Sequence record: EF517075.1
Length of the DNA stretch: 499 nt
Origin: a phage
Direction: 5' to 3' (one strand)
The number at the start of each line of letters is the position of its first letter. Position 1 is the first letter of the stretch. A program made the translations under genes and the position numbers. Shown piece after piece: positions 1-499 of this stretch. Below the pieces are notes generated by a model. The model was not told the origin of the DNA, did not search any database, and was given only the letters and a program-made list of their open reading frames with translations.

Positions 1-23
1 TTCAGGCAATCTTAGAAAAAGAT

Positions 24-239
24 ATGCTGCATCTATGTAAGCAGGTCGGCTCAGGTGCGATTGTCCCCAATGGTAAACAGAAGGAAATGATTGTCCAGTT
101 TCTGATACACGATATGGAAGGATTGATGACATTCGTAGTACGTACATCATTTCGTGAGGCCATTAAGGACATGCACGAAGAGTATGCAAATAAGGATTCT
201 TTCAAACAATCTCCTGCAACAGTACGGGAGGTGTTCTGA
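24..239 (+). CDS. Hypothetical small phage-like protein; probably 5'-partial, since the frame is open back to position 3 (..QAILEKD-MLHLCKQ..). C-terminus ..FREAIKDMHEEYANKDSFKQSPATVREVF, stop TGA 237-239.
   Basis: ORF track 24..239 (71 aa from the first ATG). The same frame has no stop between position 3 and 24, and there is no convincing Shine-Dalgarno upstream of ATG 24 (only A-rich cttagaaaaagat), so the true start is probably upstream of the window. Its stop overlaps the start of the next gene (TGATG), indicating a co-transcribed, translationally coupled unit. Confidence 0.6.
   Translation: MLHLCKQVGSGAIVPNGKQKEMIVQFLIHDMEGLMTFVVRTSFREAIKDMHEEYANKDSFKQSPATVREVF
226..231 (+). promoter_or_regulatory. 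Shine-Dalgarno (GGGAGG) for the CDS starting at 239
   Basis: GGGAGG at 226-231, 7 nt before ATG 239-241; lies within the 3' end of the upstream CDS. Confidence 0.6.
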
Positions 240-448
240 TGTCTGACTATCTGAAAGTGTTGCAAACAATCAAAAATTGCCCTAAGACTTTTCAGTCCAA
301 CTATGTACGGAACAATGCGAGCCTCGTAGCGGAGGCCGTTTCCCGTGGTCACATCTCGTGCCTGACTACTAGTGGACGTAATGGTGGCGCTTGGGAAATC
401 ACTGCTTCCGGTACTCGCTTTCTGAAACGAATGGGAGGATGTGTCTAA
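239..448 (+). CDS. Hypothetical small basic protein (69 aa), phage early/accessory-region type; function unknown
   Basis: ORF track 239..448. ATG preceded by GGGAGG with 7-nt spacing; start overlaps the upstream stop (TGATG) and its own stop overlaps the next start (TAATG 446-450). By hand count about 9 K/R versus 3 D/E (net positive), three Cys, no obvious hydrophobic transmembrane segment. Confidence 0.7.
   Translation: MSDYLKVLQTIKNCPKTFQSNYVRNNASLVAEAVSRGHISCLTTSGRNGGAWEITASGTRFLKRMGGCV
433..438 (+). promoter_or_regulatory. Shine-Dalgarno (GGGAGG) for the CDS starting at 448
   Basis: GGGAGG at 433-438, 9 nt before ATG 448-450; embedded in the last codons of the upstream CDS (..K R M G G C V *). 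Confidence 0.6.
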
Positions 449-499
449 TGTCTTGTGACCTTGTGACTATTCCACGCGATGTGTGGAACGATATACAGG
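448..499 (+). CDS. Hypothetical small protein, 3'-partial (runs off the window); N-terminus MSCDLVTIPRDVWNDIQ
   Basis: ATG 448-450 overlaps the TAA stop of the upstream CDS (TAATG) and is preceded by GGGAGG at 9 nt. The frame is open to the window end (17 codons visible). Not in the ORF track because no stop falls inside the window. Confidence 0.55.
   Translation, partial: MSCDLVTIPRDVWNDIQ
452..467 (+). repeat. Perfect tandem direct repeat of an 8-mer, CTTGTGAC x2, inside codons 2-7 of the third CDS
   Basis: Direct reading: cttgtgac (452-459) immediately followed by cttgtgac (460-467). Short enough that a chance occurrence is possible. Confidence 0.4.

Noticed and set aside
138-145. Perfect 8-bp palindrome GTACGTAC
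   Set aside because: An 8-bp palindrome is expected about once or twice by chance in 500 bp. It lies inside coding sequence with no flanking half-sites or promoter context to suggest an operator.
2-352. 116-aa ORF on the minus strand, antisense to ORF1 and ORF2
   Set aside because: Its apparent start is a GTG (reverse complement of 350-352) with no recognisable ribosome-binding site, and it runs off the window edge. The + strand genes have canonical Shine-Dalgarno motifs and coupled overlaps, so the simplest reading is that this is an open antisense frame. Ribosome profiling would be needed to show otherwise.
367-372. ACTAGT (contains the CTAG tetranucleotide that is under-represented in enterobacteria)
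   Set aside because: A single occurrence is not informative; noted only as compatible with horizontally acquired or phage DNA.
431-433. Internal ATG directly in front of GGGAGG, as a possible alternative start
   Set aside because: It is in frame with ORF2 near its C-terminus and only five codons from the stop. The GGGAGG is better explained as the Shine-Dalgarno for the ATG at 448.
1-499. Searched for sigma70 promoters, rho-independent terminators, tRNA/ncRNA structure, CRISPR repeats and IS inverted repeats
   Set aside because: No convincing -35/-10 pair with proper spacing, no GC-rich hairpin followed by a U-tract, and no repeat-spacer periodicity or terminal inverted repeats. The window is entirely coding with overlapping junctions, leaving no room for such elements.

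Overview
This 499-bp window is fully coding on the + strand: three small, tightly packed genes joined by overlapping stop/start codons (TGATG at 237-241, TAATG at 446-450), the last two preceded by a canonical GGGAGG Shine-Dalgarno. ORF1 ends at 239 and is probably 5'-partial, ORF2 (239-448, 69 aa) is complete, and ORF3 starts at 448 and runs off the window. The layout, gene size and GC content (about 45% in the first 60 bp by hand count) are typical of an early or accessory operon in a temperate (lambdoid-type) phage or prophage of an enterobacterial host; I cannot confirm a specific homolog without a database search. No rRNA, tRNA, CRISPR, transposon ends or terminators are visible. The 116-aa minus-strand ORF is most likely an antisense artefact. 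The main points worth following up are the unknown function of these small proteins (ORF2 is strongly basic) and a duplicated junction/start motif shared by ORF2 and ORF3.
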